The notes: generated from the letters alone by a model not told the origin. DNA of 52,255 bases from Candidatus Woesearchaeota archaeon (GCA_018696595.1 JABHQW010000004.1:1-52255); one strand, 5' to 3'. Positions 8,911 through 18,129 are shown, counted from the first letter of the stretch. Program-made: numbers and translations.

Positions 8911-9889
8911 CAATAGATGTGAAAGCTAAAATTAGTGGACCAATGATTACACCTAATACTCCAAAGAAATACAAACCACCAAAGATTCCCACTAACATAA
9001 TTAAAGGATGAATCTTAGCAATGTTGCCCATTAGTTTTGGTCGAATAAAGTTATCTAAGGTAGCCACGAAAATCAAACAATATACAAAAAGTAAAATCCC
9101 CTTAACAATTGAACTATTAGAATTATTAAATATTCCTTCAAGAATTAATATTGCTGAAGCAGGGACCCAAACAAAACCAGTCCCCAAATAAGGGATCAAA
9201 GCCAGTAAAGTCATGATTACCCCCCAAAATAAAGGAGAAGAGATACCAAAAATGAAAAACCCTAAAGCCCCTAATGCACCTTGAACTAAAGCAACAACAA
9301 AATAACCAAAAGTAATTCCATGAATAATTCCCCCTAAACGTTCAAGAGTGTTAGCATATCTCTTCTTTTGCAAGCGTAAATATTTCCTAATCTTTTTAAG
9401 TAAGTTTTCTCCTTCTTTCAAAAAGTAAAATAAAGTAAATAAAAACACAATCAAATTAATAATCATTCTTGGCAAACTAGCTAAAACCCCAGAACTTGCA
9501 GAGATTACCCAATTAGTAATTGACTTCACCCCTTCTTGAATCTGATAACTAAATTCAGGGTTCTGAATCGCGGTTTTCATACTTTCACAAATACTATGTT
9601 GACAATTAGAAAACAAGCCCATGGCCAATTTTTGTTTAACAAGGATAAAGATAACATAAGTTTCTTGAATTAAAGATTTAATAAAGAAAAAACCAGGCAG
9701 TATTATTAACAATAAAACAACTAAAGAGAGAATTAAAGAAGACCAAGTAGGACTAATTTTTTTCTCAAGTTTTTGATGTAATGGAAATAAAAGATAAGCC
9801 ACAAAACCCCCAAGAAATAATGCTTTAAGGAAAGGTTGAACTATTAAAAACGAGAGAATGAATAATATCCCCAGTATAATTAATGGCAA
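8882..9889 (-). CDS. AI-2E (PerM) family transporter
   Basis: ALIPYLGTGFVWVP, LDNFIRPKLMG, IHPLIMLVGIFGGLYFFGVLGVIIGP signature. Confidence 0.9.
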   Translation of the reverse strand: MPLIILGILFILSFLIVQPFLKALFLGGFVAYLLFPLHQKLEKKISPTWSSLILSLVVLLLIILPGFFFIKSLIQETYVIFILVKQKLAMGLFSNCQHSICESMKTAIQNPEFSYQIQEGVKSITNWVISASSGVLASLPRMIINLIVFLFTLFYFLKEGENLLKKIRKYLRLQKKRYANTLERLGGIIHGITFGYFVVALVQGALGALGFFIFGISSPLFWGVIMTLLALIPYLGTGFVWVPASAILILEGIFNNSNSSIVKGILLFVYCLIFVATLDNFIRPKLMGNIAKIHPLIMLVGIFGGLYFFGVLGVIIGPLILAFTSIVIENYLVKK

Positions 9890-10013
9890 ATAATCTCTGT
9901 AATTAATCTAAATCACCTCTTTTATAAGTAAAGACTATTTTAGAATATATAAAGATTTTGATTTCAAGAATTTTAAAAAAAGAAAAAAAAAGAAAAAAAT
10001 AAAGCCGTTAGGC

Positions 10014-12533
10014 TTATTGTTCTGCTTCAACTTCAGGTTCTACAACTTCTTCCATTACTTCTTCAACAACGGTAGGAGCACCAATTGTTGCGTCTGCAGT
10101 GGTTGTACCTTCGATCTCAACTTCATCGCCACTTAACTCAGAGTATCTCTGTGCGATAACCTTACCAGCCAGTCTTGTATCCGCTCCGGAGTAACCTGCA
10201 ACTAACATTGCTACACTCTCTCCATTCTCGAATAACTTAACTCTTGCTTTTCCAGGTGTAAATCCTTCTGTACAGTCTACTGGATTACCAAGTAATTCAG
10301 CAGCCACAGTGTTAACACATGGTCCACCAACAACAATTAAGTTCTGAGCCATTGCATCTGCAACTTCACTATCTAACTTTGTAGCGTCAACAACTTCAAC
10401 AGCTACCATACTTCCGCCACTTGCACTGGATGCAGTTACTGTAGATCCAGAAGTTACGTACAGATTTCCACCAACTTGAGCTTCGGGAACATCAATCTCA
10501 ATTGTTCGGGAACTTCCACTTGGATTTGTTTCCTTAACAAAAGTACCATAATTTTGGTAACCTTTAGTTACAGTGCTCTCTTCAGGGTCACTTACCCAGA
10601 AAGTCATGTTGCCATTCCTTACTTGAGAGTCTACTTCTGTATCAGCTTCAGTAAAACTAAAACTTACGGAAACGTTCTCATCAGTTCCTGTTAAGTCGTC
10701 TTTTCTGTCATCGTCGTCAGTAATTAAGTCAACAAACAATCTTGCATCAGTCATACCAACTCTGTGCCCTGTAGTGGTACCCAAAGTAGCGTTTGTGTTT
10801 TCAATCTTAATCCATCCGTTATTCTTAGTCCTTAACGAAAAACCAACACTAGCATTCCTGGCTGGCAAATAATGGCCTGATGTACTGACGTTACGAATAG
10901 CACCATTCTGAGATGAGGTCAATTGAACTGGATCATTATCAGTTGTTCCTAACGTACCGTTTCTACCATTAAATGTTGTTCCACCTAACTTTATGTCAAA
11001 TGTACCTGTAGATGCAAGAGTTCTAGTCAATGTTTCACCAGTACCTATATTCTTAAAGGTAACCTTTGGATCTGTGTCATCTGTTCCATCTCTACCAGTA
11101 TATTGCAGTAAATAACTTCTTGCATCATTACTTGTAGTTGCTGCAGCTTTATCGTTCAAGAAGAAATATTGGTTCCGGGTAACATTATTATATGTTGCGT
11201 TTAATATTAGTTCCCTTCCAGTTTTTTCTCCTAAGTACAAACCACTTGTGTTAGCGAAGACTAATGGAACTTTAATGGTTGTACCTTCAGAATTCTCAAA
11301 GGTAAGATCATACTCTGAATCTCCACCACTTGGAACAATCGTAATAGGAGATGAATCCTCTGTTGAAAGTCCCTGGAATTCAATGTCCCAATTTTGACCG
11401 AACAATACTTGAGGTTCATCCATTGCACCATCTTCACTTAACTTTTCTCCACTAGCTAAGAAGAAATCGTCGTCAGCAGACATGTTAATGTCAATCTGAT
11501 CTAATTGAAGATCTGATCCAGTTGTAGTAAATGTCCATCGCACACTTGCATCATTGATAGTTTCATCATTCACTTCTAAGTTATTATTGTGATGCAACTT
11601 TAACTTGTTTGCCCCAATAAAGAACTTTGCTGCATGAATACCACCTGCATAGTTTTGGTAAGTAATATCTGTTACGCCAATAACTGTACCATCACTCAAC
11701 TTATCGGTGTCTCCGTCAGCTAAAGCAGTAGTTAATTCACCATTAATTACAAACTTAGCTTTATTTACAGAACTGTACGCAGCAACTGACTGTAATGAAA
11801 CAGTATAATCTACGTCACCAACAAGATAATTTCCTTCATCTCCTTCTTGAAGAGTATCACTTGTAGAACCACCCATCAAAGTCAATTCAGGAGTACCTGC
11901 GGAATCATTCTTTGCTTGAACAATAGTCCATTCTTTTCCAAGAACATTAATGACTTCGTCTTCAAAATCTTCCAGATTTGAGCTGGAGTCAATATCAGAA
12001 TCAAATGTTGAGGTAAAGTCCAATACGTATCGTGCAAACTTTGTTCCAGATGGAATCTTATAGAATGCACCAAGGTTATTGTCTTCATCTTCTTCGTAAG
12101 TCAATCCAATATAACTATCGTCAAAGTGTAAGAACTGTTCATAGTTAGATGTTCCTTTTTCGTTAGTTACTGAACCATCTGCCAATGCACCAAGATCTCC
12201 ATCGGTAATGTATGACTCAACGTCACTAATATCATCGTTGAACTCTAAGATATTTGTGCTAGTTGCAACCAACCAAGTATCTCCTTCTAAAGATGTAGCA
12301 ACTGTTCCACCACTGGAAATTTTCATACTTGCTGCAATATCAGTCATTGCCAAATTGTCTACAGATGCAGCGTTTTCACCAACTACGAAATATCCATCAA
12401 ATACGCCATTATCTACAAACATATTTGGATAGTCGTTTAGGTCTGCTGCTAACGCACCCATTGCTGTTGCCCCTAGCATCAAAGCGCCAGTAAAGACAAC
12501 AGACATGCGTTTCACCATTCTTTTTATTTTCAT
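10014..12533 (-). CDS. S-layer protein (Methanococcales-like N/C-terminal domains)
   Basis: Signal peptide, ADLNDYPNMF, AASVDNLAMTDIA N-terminus and NLIVVGGPCVNTVAAEL...VAGYSGADTR C-terminus; start at ATG 12533 after GGAGGTG; poly-T terminator downstream. Confidence 0.9.
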   Translation of the reverse strand: MKIKRMVKRMSVVFTGALMLGATAMGALAADLNDYPNMFVDNGVFDGYFVVGENAASVDNLAMTDIAASMKISSGGTVATSLEGDTWLVATSTNILEFNDDISDVESYITDGDLGALADGSVTNEKGTSNYEQFLHFDDSYIGLTYEEDEDNNLGAFYKIPSGTKFARYVLDFTSTFDSDIDSSSNLEDFEDEVINVLGKEWTIVQAKNDSAGTPELTLMGGSTSDTLQEGDEGNYLVGDVDYTVSLQSVAAYSSVNKAKFVINGELTTALADGDTDKLSDGTVIGVTDITYQNYAGGIHAAKFFIGANKLKLHHNNNLEVNDETINDASVRWTFTTTGSDLQLDQIDINMSADDDFFLASGEKLSEDGAMDEPQVLFGQNWDIEFQGLSTEDSSPITIVPSGGDSEYDLTFENSEGTTIKVPLVFANTSGLYLGEKTGRELILNATYNNVTRNQYFFLNDKAAATTSNDARSYLLQYTGRDGTDDTDPKVTFKNIGTGETLTRTLASTGTFDIKLGGTTFNGRNGTLGTTDNDPVQLTSSQNGAIRNVSTSGHYLPARNASVGFSLRTKNNGWIKIENTNATLGTTTGHRVGMTDARLFVDLITDDDDRKDDLTGTDENVSVSFSFTEADTEVDSQVRNGNMTFWVSDPEESTVTKGYQNYGTFVKETNPSGSSRTIEIDVPEAQVGGNLYVTSGSTVTASSASGGSMVAVEVVDATKLDSEVADAMAQNLIVVGGPCVNTVAAELLGNPVDCTEGFTPGKARVKLFENGESVAMLVAGYSGADTRLAGKVIAQRYSELSGDEVEIEGTTTADATIGAPTVVEEVMEEVVEPEVEAEQ

Positions 12534-12697
12534 TTTAAAAAAACACACCTCCGTGTTTAATCTCTTTTTGTTATTACCCCATCATCATTCTCTTGCCGTC
12601 CTATAAAAATTTCGCAAGAAGTACACATCAAGTGGTACCACTTTTCGATTTTACAGACGATATTCTGATGAGATTACAACTAAAAACCCAATTTCGC

Positions 12698-12713
12698 TTT
12701 ATAAGCTTTTCGC
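12698..12713 (-). promoter_or_regulatory. BRE/TATA promoter of the S-layer gene (implies a 5' leader of about 140 nt)
   Basis: Minus strand GCGAAAAG-CTTATAAA, matching archaeal BRE+TATA. Confidence 0.55.
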
Positions 12714-12767
12714 AAAAATCGAGGTAGAAAAGACGAGAAAATGCATTAGGGGCCGTGCTGGCGAAAA
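12707..12767 (+). repeat. Degenerate member of the GCCGTGC stem-loop family
   Basis: TTTTCGC/GCGAAAA basal stem, GAGG on the 5' side and GGGGCCGTGC on the 3' side, as in 4102 and 14486. Confidence 0.35.
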
Positions 12768-12772
12768 ATATT

Positions 12773-12891
12773 GCGAGAAGGAGAAGTCATCATTTCCCAA
12801 TAACAAATATTATCTTATAGAACTAAGTTCTATATTAGTTCTATTTCCCGTTTATTGTTGGGAGAAAAGTCAAAAATGGTCTTTATTTTGC
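12773..12891 (+). other. Long imperfect rod-like inverted repeat with a perfect 19-bp internal palindrome
   Basis: ATCATT/AATGGT, TCCCAATAACAAA/TTTATTGTTGGGA, TATAGAACT-A-AGTTCTATA (12816-12834). Confidence 0.5.
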
Positions 12892-12920
12892 GGAGAAAGG
12901 ATAATCTTCTAGGCAATCCC

Positions 12921-14432
12921 CTATATCTTAGTAAAATAAAGATTAAATAACTTATTATTCAATTCAGAAATCTTAATTCGCTCTTGTTTTGTCGTATTTC
13001 GATCTCGGATCGTAACACAATCGTCTTTCAAAGTGTCAAAGTCAACAGTTATACAATAGTTCACACCTATTTCATCGGCCCTTGCGTATCTTCGCCCCAC
13101 AGAAGCAGATTCATCATAATAACAAGAGTAACAAGTTTTGATTTGTTGGTAAACTTCTTTGGCTTTATTAGTAACTTCTTCCTTATTTTTTACTAATGGT
13201 AAAACAGTACAAAAGAAAGGAGAAACTTTTGGAGAAAAGTTTAGAACAGTAATTGCTTTGCCCTTTTCATCAGTTCTTGTTTTATATGCATCAAACATTA
13301 ATGCTAAGAAAGCTCGCCCTACACCCTGAGAAGGTTCTGCAGCAACCCTTGGGATGATTTTTTCTTGAGTTTGTTCGTTAAAGTATTCTAAATTCTTTCC
13401 TGAATGTTCTTTATGTTGAGTTAAATCAAATTGTCCCCGGTCGGCTAAACCATAAATTTCTTTCCAGCCAAAAGGAAAATTATAATCTAAATCAAAACAA
13501 GCTTTAGCATAATGAGCAAGTTCTTCTTTTGTGTGTTCTCTTACTCTTAGGTTTTCGGGCTTCATGCCCAAGTCTTCAGTAAACCAAAGGAATTCTTGCA
13601 CTAACCAATAAGCCTGCCATTTGTTAATTTGTAAATTTAATAATTCTTGAACAGTGATTTTTGTTTGTTCTTCTCCCTTTTCTTGATTTTCTGCAGAGTA
13701 AACATTTAGTTCTAAATCTAAGTATGGTTTTAATAAAGGACAATCGTCTGCCTTGCCCGGATGAGTAAAGAATTCAATCTCCATTTGTTCAAATTCTCTC
13801 ACACGGAATAAAAATTCTCTTGGTGAAATTTCGTTACGGAAAGCTTTTCCAGTTTGAGCAATTCCAAAAGGAAGTTTTACTCTTGTTGTATCTATAACAT
13901 TTTTAAAATTAGTAAAAATAATTTGGGCAGTTTCCCCTCTTAGATATGCTAAGTTTTCGCCAGTTTCTTTTGGGCCAACATAAGTTTTAAACATTAGGTT
14001 AAATTGCGAGCATTCACCAAACTCTTCAGATTGGCATTTAGGACATTTAAGTCCTTTCTCTTTTATTGTTGCGTTAAAATATTCTAAAGATTTTCCTTCT
14101 ACATTTAGGTTATGTTGATCTTCAATTAAATGGTCTGCCCTATGTCTAGCGTTGCACTTTCTACATTCTATTAATACATCCGCAAAAGAATCTATGTGAC
14201 CAGAAGCTTTCCAAACATCTTTTGAAGAAACGATTGAACCGTCAATCCCCACAACATCATCTCTGTCTTGTACAAACCGTTTCCACCAAGTTTGTTTGAT
14301 TTTGTTGTTTACTTCGACTCCAAGAGGACCGAAGTCAAAGAATCCAGATAATCCACCATATATTTCAGAGTTAGGAAATACGAACCCTTTCTTTTTACAG
14401 AAAGTTGCCATTTCTTCAATGTTTAGAGTCAT
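12921..14432 (-). CDS. glyS: Glycyl-tRNA synthetase (class II, alpha2 type)
   Basis: GFFDFGPLG, YLRGETAQ, FRNEISPR, REFEQMEIEFF, EPSQGVGR, GRRYARADEIG. Confidence 0.97.
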   Translation of the reverse strand: MTLNIEEMATFCKKKGFVFPNSEIYGGLSGFFDFGPLGVEVNNKIKQTWWKRFVQDRDDVVGIDGSIVSSKDVWKASGHIDSFADVLIECRKCNARHRADHLIEDQHNLNVEGKSLEYFNATIKEKGLKCPKCQSEEFGECSQFNLMFKTYVGPKETGENLAYLRGETAQIIFTNFKNVIDTTRVKLPFGIAQTGKAFRNEISPREFLFRVREFEQMEIEFFTHPGKADDCPLLKPYLDLELNVYSAENQEKGEEQTKITVQELLNLQINKWQAYWLVQEFLWFTEDLGMKPENLRVREHTKEELAHYAKACFDLDYNFPFGWKEIYGLADRGQFDLTQHKEHSGKNLEYFNEQTQEKIIPRVAAEPSQGVGRAFLALMFDAYKTRTDEKGKAITVLNFSPKVSPFFCTVLPLVKNKEEVTNKAKEVYQQIKTCYSCYYDESASVGRRYARADEIGVNYCITVDFDTLKDDCVTIRDRNTTKQERIKISELNNKLFNLYFTKI

Positions 14433-14485
14433 TTTAGTTTGGATTAGTTTATTGTTTATTAAGTTTTTTGTAAAAGCATCTTATT

Positions 14486-14564
14486 TTTTGAGAGCTGCGC
14501 CAAAAGAGGCACACGAGGAAGACGCAGCCTTACTCGTAATTGGTGCCGTGCCCTGCTCTCAAAA
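14486..14564 (+). ncRNA. Candidate structured RNA / palindromic element (family member B)
   Basis: Perfect TTTTGAGAGC/GCTCTCAAAA basal stem, GGCAC/GTGCC and ACGAG/CTCGT stems; 42 of 79 nt are G+C. Confidence 0.6.
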
Positions 14565-14569
14565 TAAAT

Positions 14570-15544
14570 TCAGTTCTTTTGTAATAAACTTTCAGGAAAA
14601 TAAGAATACTTGTAAATCTTCAATGCTTTATAGTAAAAATAGGATCTAATCTTTCCAGGGAATAAGGATTTGATTTCATTAATCAATTTGTAAAAATCTT
14701 CTTGAGATTTTAATTCGCAGTCAAACTCGAAATCAGAACCGCCAACCGCAATATCCTGGTAAATCACATTAGGATGTTGAATTATGAATTGATTTAAAGA
14801 GGGGATGATGTTAATATCTTCTAATTCCAAATCAACTTTATAATATTCGTAACCCAATTTCTTTTGATCTATAAGTAACTTGTATGCAACAATAACTTTA
14901 TTTTTTTCTAAATTCCTAAGTTTGTATTTTACTCCAGTTGCAGTCATTTTAAGCTTTTTAGCTAATTCCAAAAGAGTAATTCTTGCATTTTCTGAGATTT
15001 CCTGCAATAATTGTAAATCTTTTTCATCAACAGAATATTCTTGAACACTTCCTGTAGACAAAACAGAATCACTATACTTCTTTTTTTCAACCAAATAATT
15101 CCTGTTGTAATGATGGTATTTAGTAAGTATAGAAAAACCACTATTAATAACATAATGACGATACTTTTTCAAAAAATTTTCATAAACTTTTTGATAAACA
15201 TTTAAATCTTTAACTAAAAATCCTAAAGCAAGATCAAATTTACCATCTGTCCGATAAATAGTAAAAACATCTTTCTCTTTTAAAAAATAAGCAACAATTT
15301 CTTCATCCAATTCGGTAGTAGTATTCTTTAACTCTAGATACAATCTTATCGCTTGATAACCTAACTTATTAAAATCAATTAACGCAAAATAACCACTAAT
15401 GATTTTATTTTTTTCTAATTGTTTTATTCGATAATTAACTACGTCCCGGCTTAATTTAGTTTTCTTAGCAATACTATTAATTGATTGTCTGCTATTCTGG
15501 TCAAGTTCGAAGAGGATTTGTAAGTCTTTTTTGTCTAATTTCAC
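14570..15544 (-). CDS. Lrp/AsnC-family regulator with duplicated HTH-RAM units
   Basis: Two HTH starts (LDKKDLQILFELDQNSR; VDEKDLQLLQEISENAR), each followed by a RAM-like domain. Confidence 0.9.
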   Translation of the reverse strand: MKLDKKDLQILFELDQNSRQSINSIAKKTKLSRDVVNYRIKQLEKNKIISGYFALIDFNKLGYQAIRLYLELKNTTTELDEEIVAYFLKEKDVFTIYRTDGKFDLALGFLVKDLNVYQKVYENFLKKYRHYVINSGFSILTKYHHYNRNYLVEKKKYSDSVLSTGSVQEYSVDEKDLQLLQEISENARITLLELAKKLKMTATGVKYKLRNLEKNKVIVAYKLLIDQKKLGYEYYKVDLELEDINIIPSLNQFIIQHPNVIYQDIAVGGSDFEFDCELKSQEDFYKLINEIKSLFPGKIRSYFYYKALKIYKYSYFPESLLQKN

Positions 15545-15645
15545 TTTAATTCACACATAAAGCAGATTTTGTTTATAAATTTTATTGTTTTTATGGAAAA
15601 ACAAGTGAAATGTTTTATATTCTTGTTAAGTACTACTATTTAGAA

Positions 15646-16335
15646 ATGAAACAAACGATTGGGATTGTTGGCGGACTTGGAACTGAAACAAGTTGTAAGT
15701 TTTGTTTTAGTGTTAACCATAAAATCAAAAATATTCGTCGTTGCCAACCGCACATTATTATGGATAACGTCCCAATGACAAGAGAATTAGAAAACCTCAT
15801 TATTCAAAATAACGCCTCAGAAGAAGTAGCTAAGTTGTTGCATGATTCTATAAAAAGATTAAACGTTTCCATGGCTGATGTAATTGTTATCCCTTGTAAT
15901 ACAGTCCATGTTTTTATAGACCAGCTAAGAGAACATTCCCGAGTTCCGATTATGAGCATCATTGAAGAAACCTCGAAAGAATGTAAGAAAAAAGAATTTA
16001 AAAAAGTCGGAGTACTTGGTTCTTCATTAACAATTAACTCTGGAATGTACAAAGAAGAATTGAAAAAACACACCATAGAAACAGTGATTCCAGAAGCAGA
16101 CGAACAGGAGTTTATCAGTTCTTGCATTTTGAAAATAATCAATTTGGAACATACCAAAGAAGATAAACAAAGAATGTTAAAGATAGTTGAAAAGATGAAA
16201 AATAAAGGCGCAGAAGCAGTAATCTTGGGCTGTACAGACTTGTTCTTGTTGTTAGCTAAAGAAAATACACCTATACCAAAAATTGATTCCACAGAAGTAT
16301 TTGAAAATGCTTTAGTTAGTAGGATGATTAGTTAG
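15646..16335 (+). CDS. Aspartate/glutamate racemase family protein
   Basis: IGIVGGLG N-terminus and both catalytic cysteines (IPCNTVH, LGCTDL); start moved to ATG 15646. Confidence 0.9.
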   Translation: MKQTIGIVGGLGTETSCKFCFSVNHKIKNIRRCQPHIIMDNVPMTRELENLIIQNNASEEVAKLLHDSIKRLNVSMADVIVIPCNTVHVFIDQLREHSRVPIMSIIEETSKECKKKEFKKVGVLGSSLTINSGMYKEELKKHTIETVIPEADEQEFISSCILKIINLEHTKEDKQRMLKIVEKMKNKGAEAVILGCTDLFLLLAKENTPIPKIDSTEVFENALVSRMIS

Positions 16336-16345
16336 GTGGCAAAAA

Positions 16346-16921
16346 ATGAATTCTATTTTCAATAATCACTCTAAAGAATATGACCAACACATGGTTGAAA
16401 CCGGCCATTATGCTGCCCAAGATGAAATATTAAAATTAGTTTCACCTTTTGTTAAAAGCCCAGTACTTGATGTTGCTTGTGGTTCTGGTCACATATTAAA
16501 AGAATTATCAAAACATTTTTCTGAGATTAAAGGAAATGATTTATCTAAAACAATGATTCAGTTAGCAAAACAAAATAACCCAGAAATGATTTTTACAAAT
16601 GATGATGCCAAAGAACTGATTTCTTACAATCAAAATTTTAAAACAATCTTTTGTGTTAATACATTATTCTATCTCAACAATAAAAAGAAAGCGATTAAGA
16701 GATGGCAGGATTTACTTGAAAAAGAAGGTAAACTGATTGTTATCGAAGAACATCCTTTTGTTTATCCTAATAACGAATTTCTTAATGGATTAAAATTAAG
16801 TCCTCTTTCACCAAAAGAGATTATTGAATTAATCTCTGACTTAAGATTAGAATTGCTTTATCAAAATAATGTTCATATTAATGAAAAACATAGTTTATTT
16901 GTTTTTATATTTGAAAAATAA
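16346..16921 (+). CDS. Class I SAM-dependent methyltransferase
   Basis: VLDVACGSG, GNDLSKTMIQLA. Confidence 0.88.
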   Translation: MNSIFNNHSKEYDQHMVETGHYAAQDEILKLVSPFVKSPVLDVACGSGHILKELSKHFSEIKGNDLSKTMIQLAKQNNPEMIFTNDDAKELISYNQNFKTIFCVNTLFYLNNKKKAIKRWQDLLEKEGKLIVIEEHPFVYPNNEFLNGLKLSPLSPKEIIELISDLRLELLYQNNVHINEKHSLFVFIFEK

Positions 16922-16932
16922 TCAGAATAACT

Positions 16933-18129
16933 TCACTTCTTCATCCAGTCAACTTCTTCCCTACTCAAATCCAACTCATCAGCCAATAAAGAACCATCAG
17001 AATGTTTAAACATCTCTTGAAAATAAGGAATCTGTTGTAAGGCGACTTTTTTAGAAGTGTGCGTAACCAAAGCCAACTTTTCAGCAATCTCTTTCTTCTT
17101 CGCAAACTTCATATTCGCTTGCCAGATTCTTAACAACCGCATTGTTGGTTGGTAAGAAACAAACATTGGATTCTTTTCAGTTTTTGCAGAAGAGATTCCA
17201 GCAGTAAGCAGATTATAAATGTAAACAATAAATCGCCAATGCTGTTGTTTTCTTATTCTTCCCCTAAACTGGTCTGCTCGAGCCAAATGCCCATATGCTT
17301 GAGACAAAGATTTTGGGCTAAGATATTCTTTAGGCAAATTATTGTCAATCCACAAAAAGATTTCATCCATTTTTATATCAAGATCATCTAAAGCAGGCAA
17401 AGCATTATCAACAGATGAAGATTTGAAAATTATTCTTAAAGCATTAATTATTGAATCAGTTCTTTTTCGATCAGATAAATTTTTCAAATCATCGAAAACA
17501 AAATTTTTATCAGTTGAACATATCTGTAAATCTATCAAAGCGCCCCTTAAATCACCATCAACTTGTCTGGCCAAAGAATTTATTGCTTTTTCTTCAAACT
17601 CAATATTTTCTTGTTCACAAACCCACATTAATGTATGAGCAATTGTTTTATATTGCAGTTTATGGAATTCAATCATCTGGCAAGCTTTTCTTAATGCTTT
17701 AAATTTGGAATTAGAAGGATCATTTGCCGTTAAGATTACGGGAAAGGTTGATTTTTCAATTGCTTTTGTTAATGCTTGAATACAACCACGATCTTTAACT
17801 CCAGAGATGTTATCAATCTCATCAATAAGAATTAATTTCGGTTTAAAGAATAAAGATTGCTGACCAATTGCAGAATTAAGGAAAGAATCCATGTTAGCTT
17901 TATTTCTTAAATCAGAAGAATTGATTTCAAGTAAATCAAAATCCAACTGTTTCGCCAAAGCATAAACCGAAGAAGTTTTTCCGTTTCCTATTGGACCATA
18001 TATTAAAGCAGCTTTCTGTCTCTTTTGTTTATAATTTTCTATAAAATCCTTTAATTCAGATACTGCTTTCTGTTGTCCAAATACTTGTTCTTCGCTTTCA
18101 GGAGCATATTTAGATGTGAATAGAGTCAT
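16933..18129 (-). CDS. rfcL: Replication factor C large subunit
   Basis: KYAP, GPIGNGKTS, EINSSDLR, LIDEID, GDLRGALIDLQ, ADQFRGRIRKQQHWRF. Confidence 0.93.
   Translation of the reverse strand: MTLFTSKYAPESEEQVFGQQKAVSELKDFIENYKQKRQKAALIYGPIGNGKTSSVYALAKQLDFDLLEINSSDLRNKANMDSFLNSAIGQQSLFFKPKLILIDEIDNISGVKDRGCIQALTKAIEKSTFPVILTANDPSNSKFKALRKACQMIEFHKLQYKTIAHTLMWVCEQENIEFEEKAINSLARQVDGDLRGALIDLQICSTDKNFVFDDLKNLSDRKRTDSIINALRIIFKSSSVDNALPALDDLDIKMDEIFLWIDNNLPKEYLSPKSLSQAYGHLARADQFRGRIRKQQHWRFIVYIYNLLTAGISSAKTEKNPMFVSYQPTMRLLRIWQANMKFAKKKEIAEKLALVTHTSKKVALQQIPYFQEMFKHSDGSLLADELDLSREEVDWMKK

Noticed and set aside
12660-12700. Hammerhead ribozyme (CTGATGAG)
   Set aside because: No stem II followed by GAAA and no NUH cleavage triplet in the right geometry
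14486-14564. HDV-like ribozyme on the minus strand (TTCCTCGT looks like L3)
   Set aside because: No P3 closing the loop, no GG for P1.1 and no catalytic J4/2
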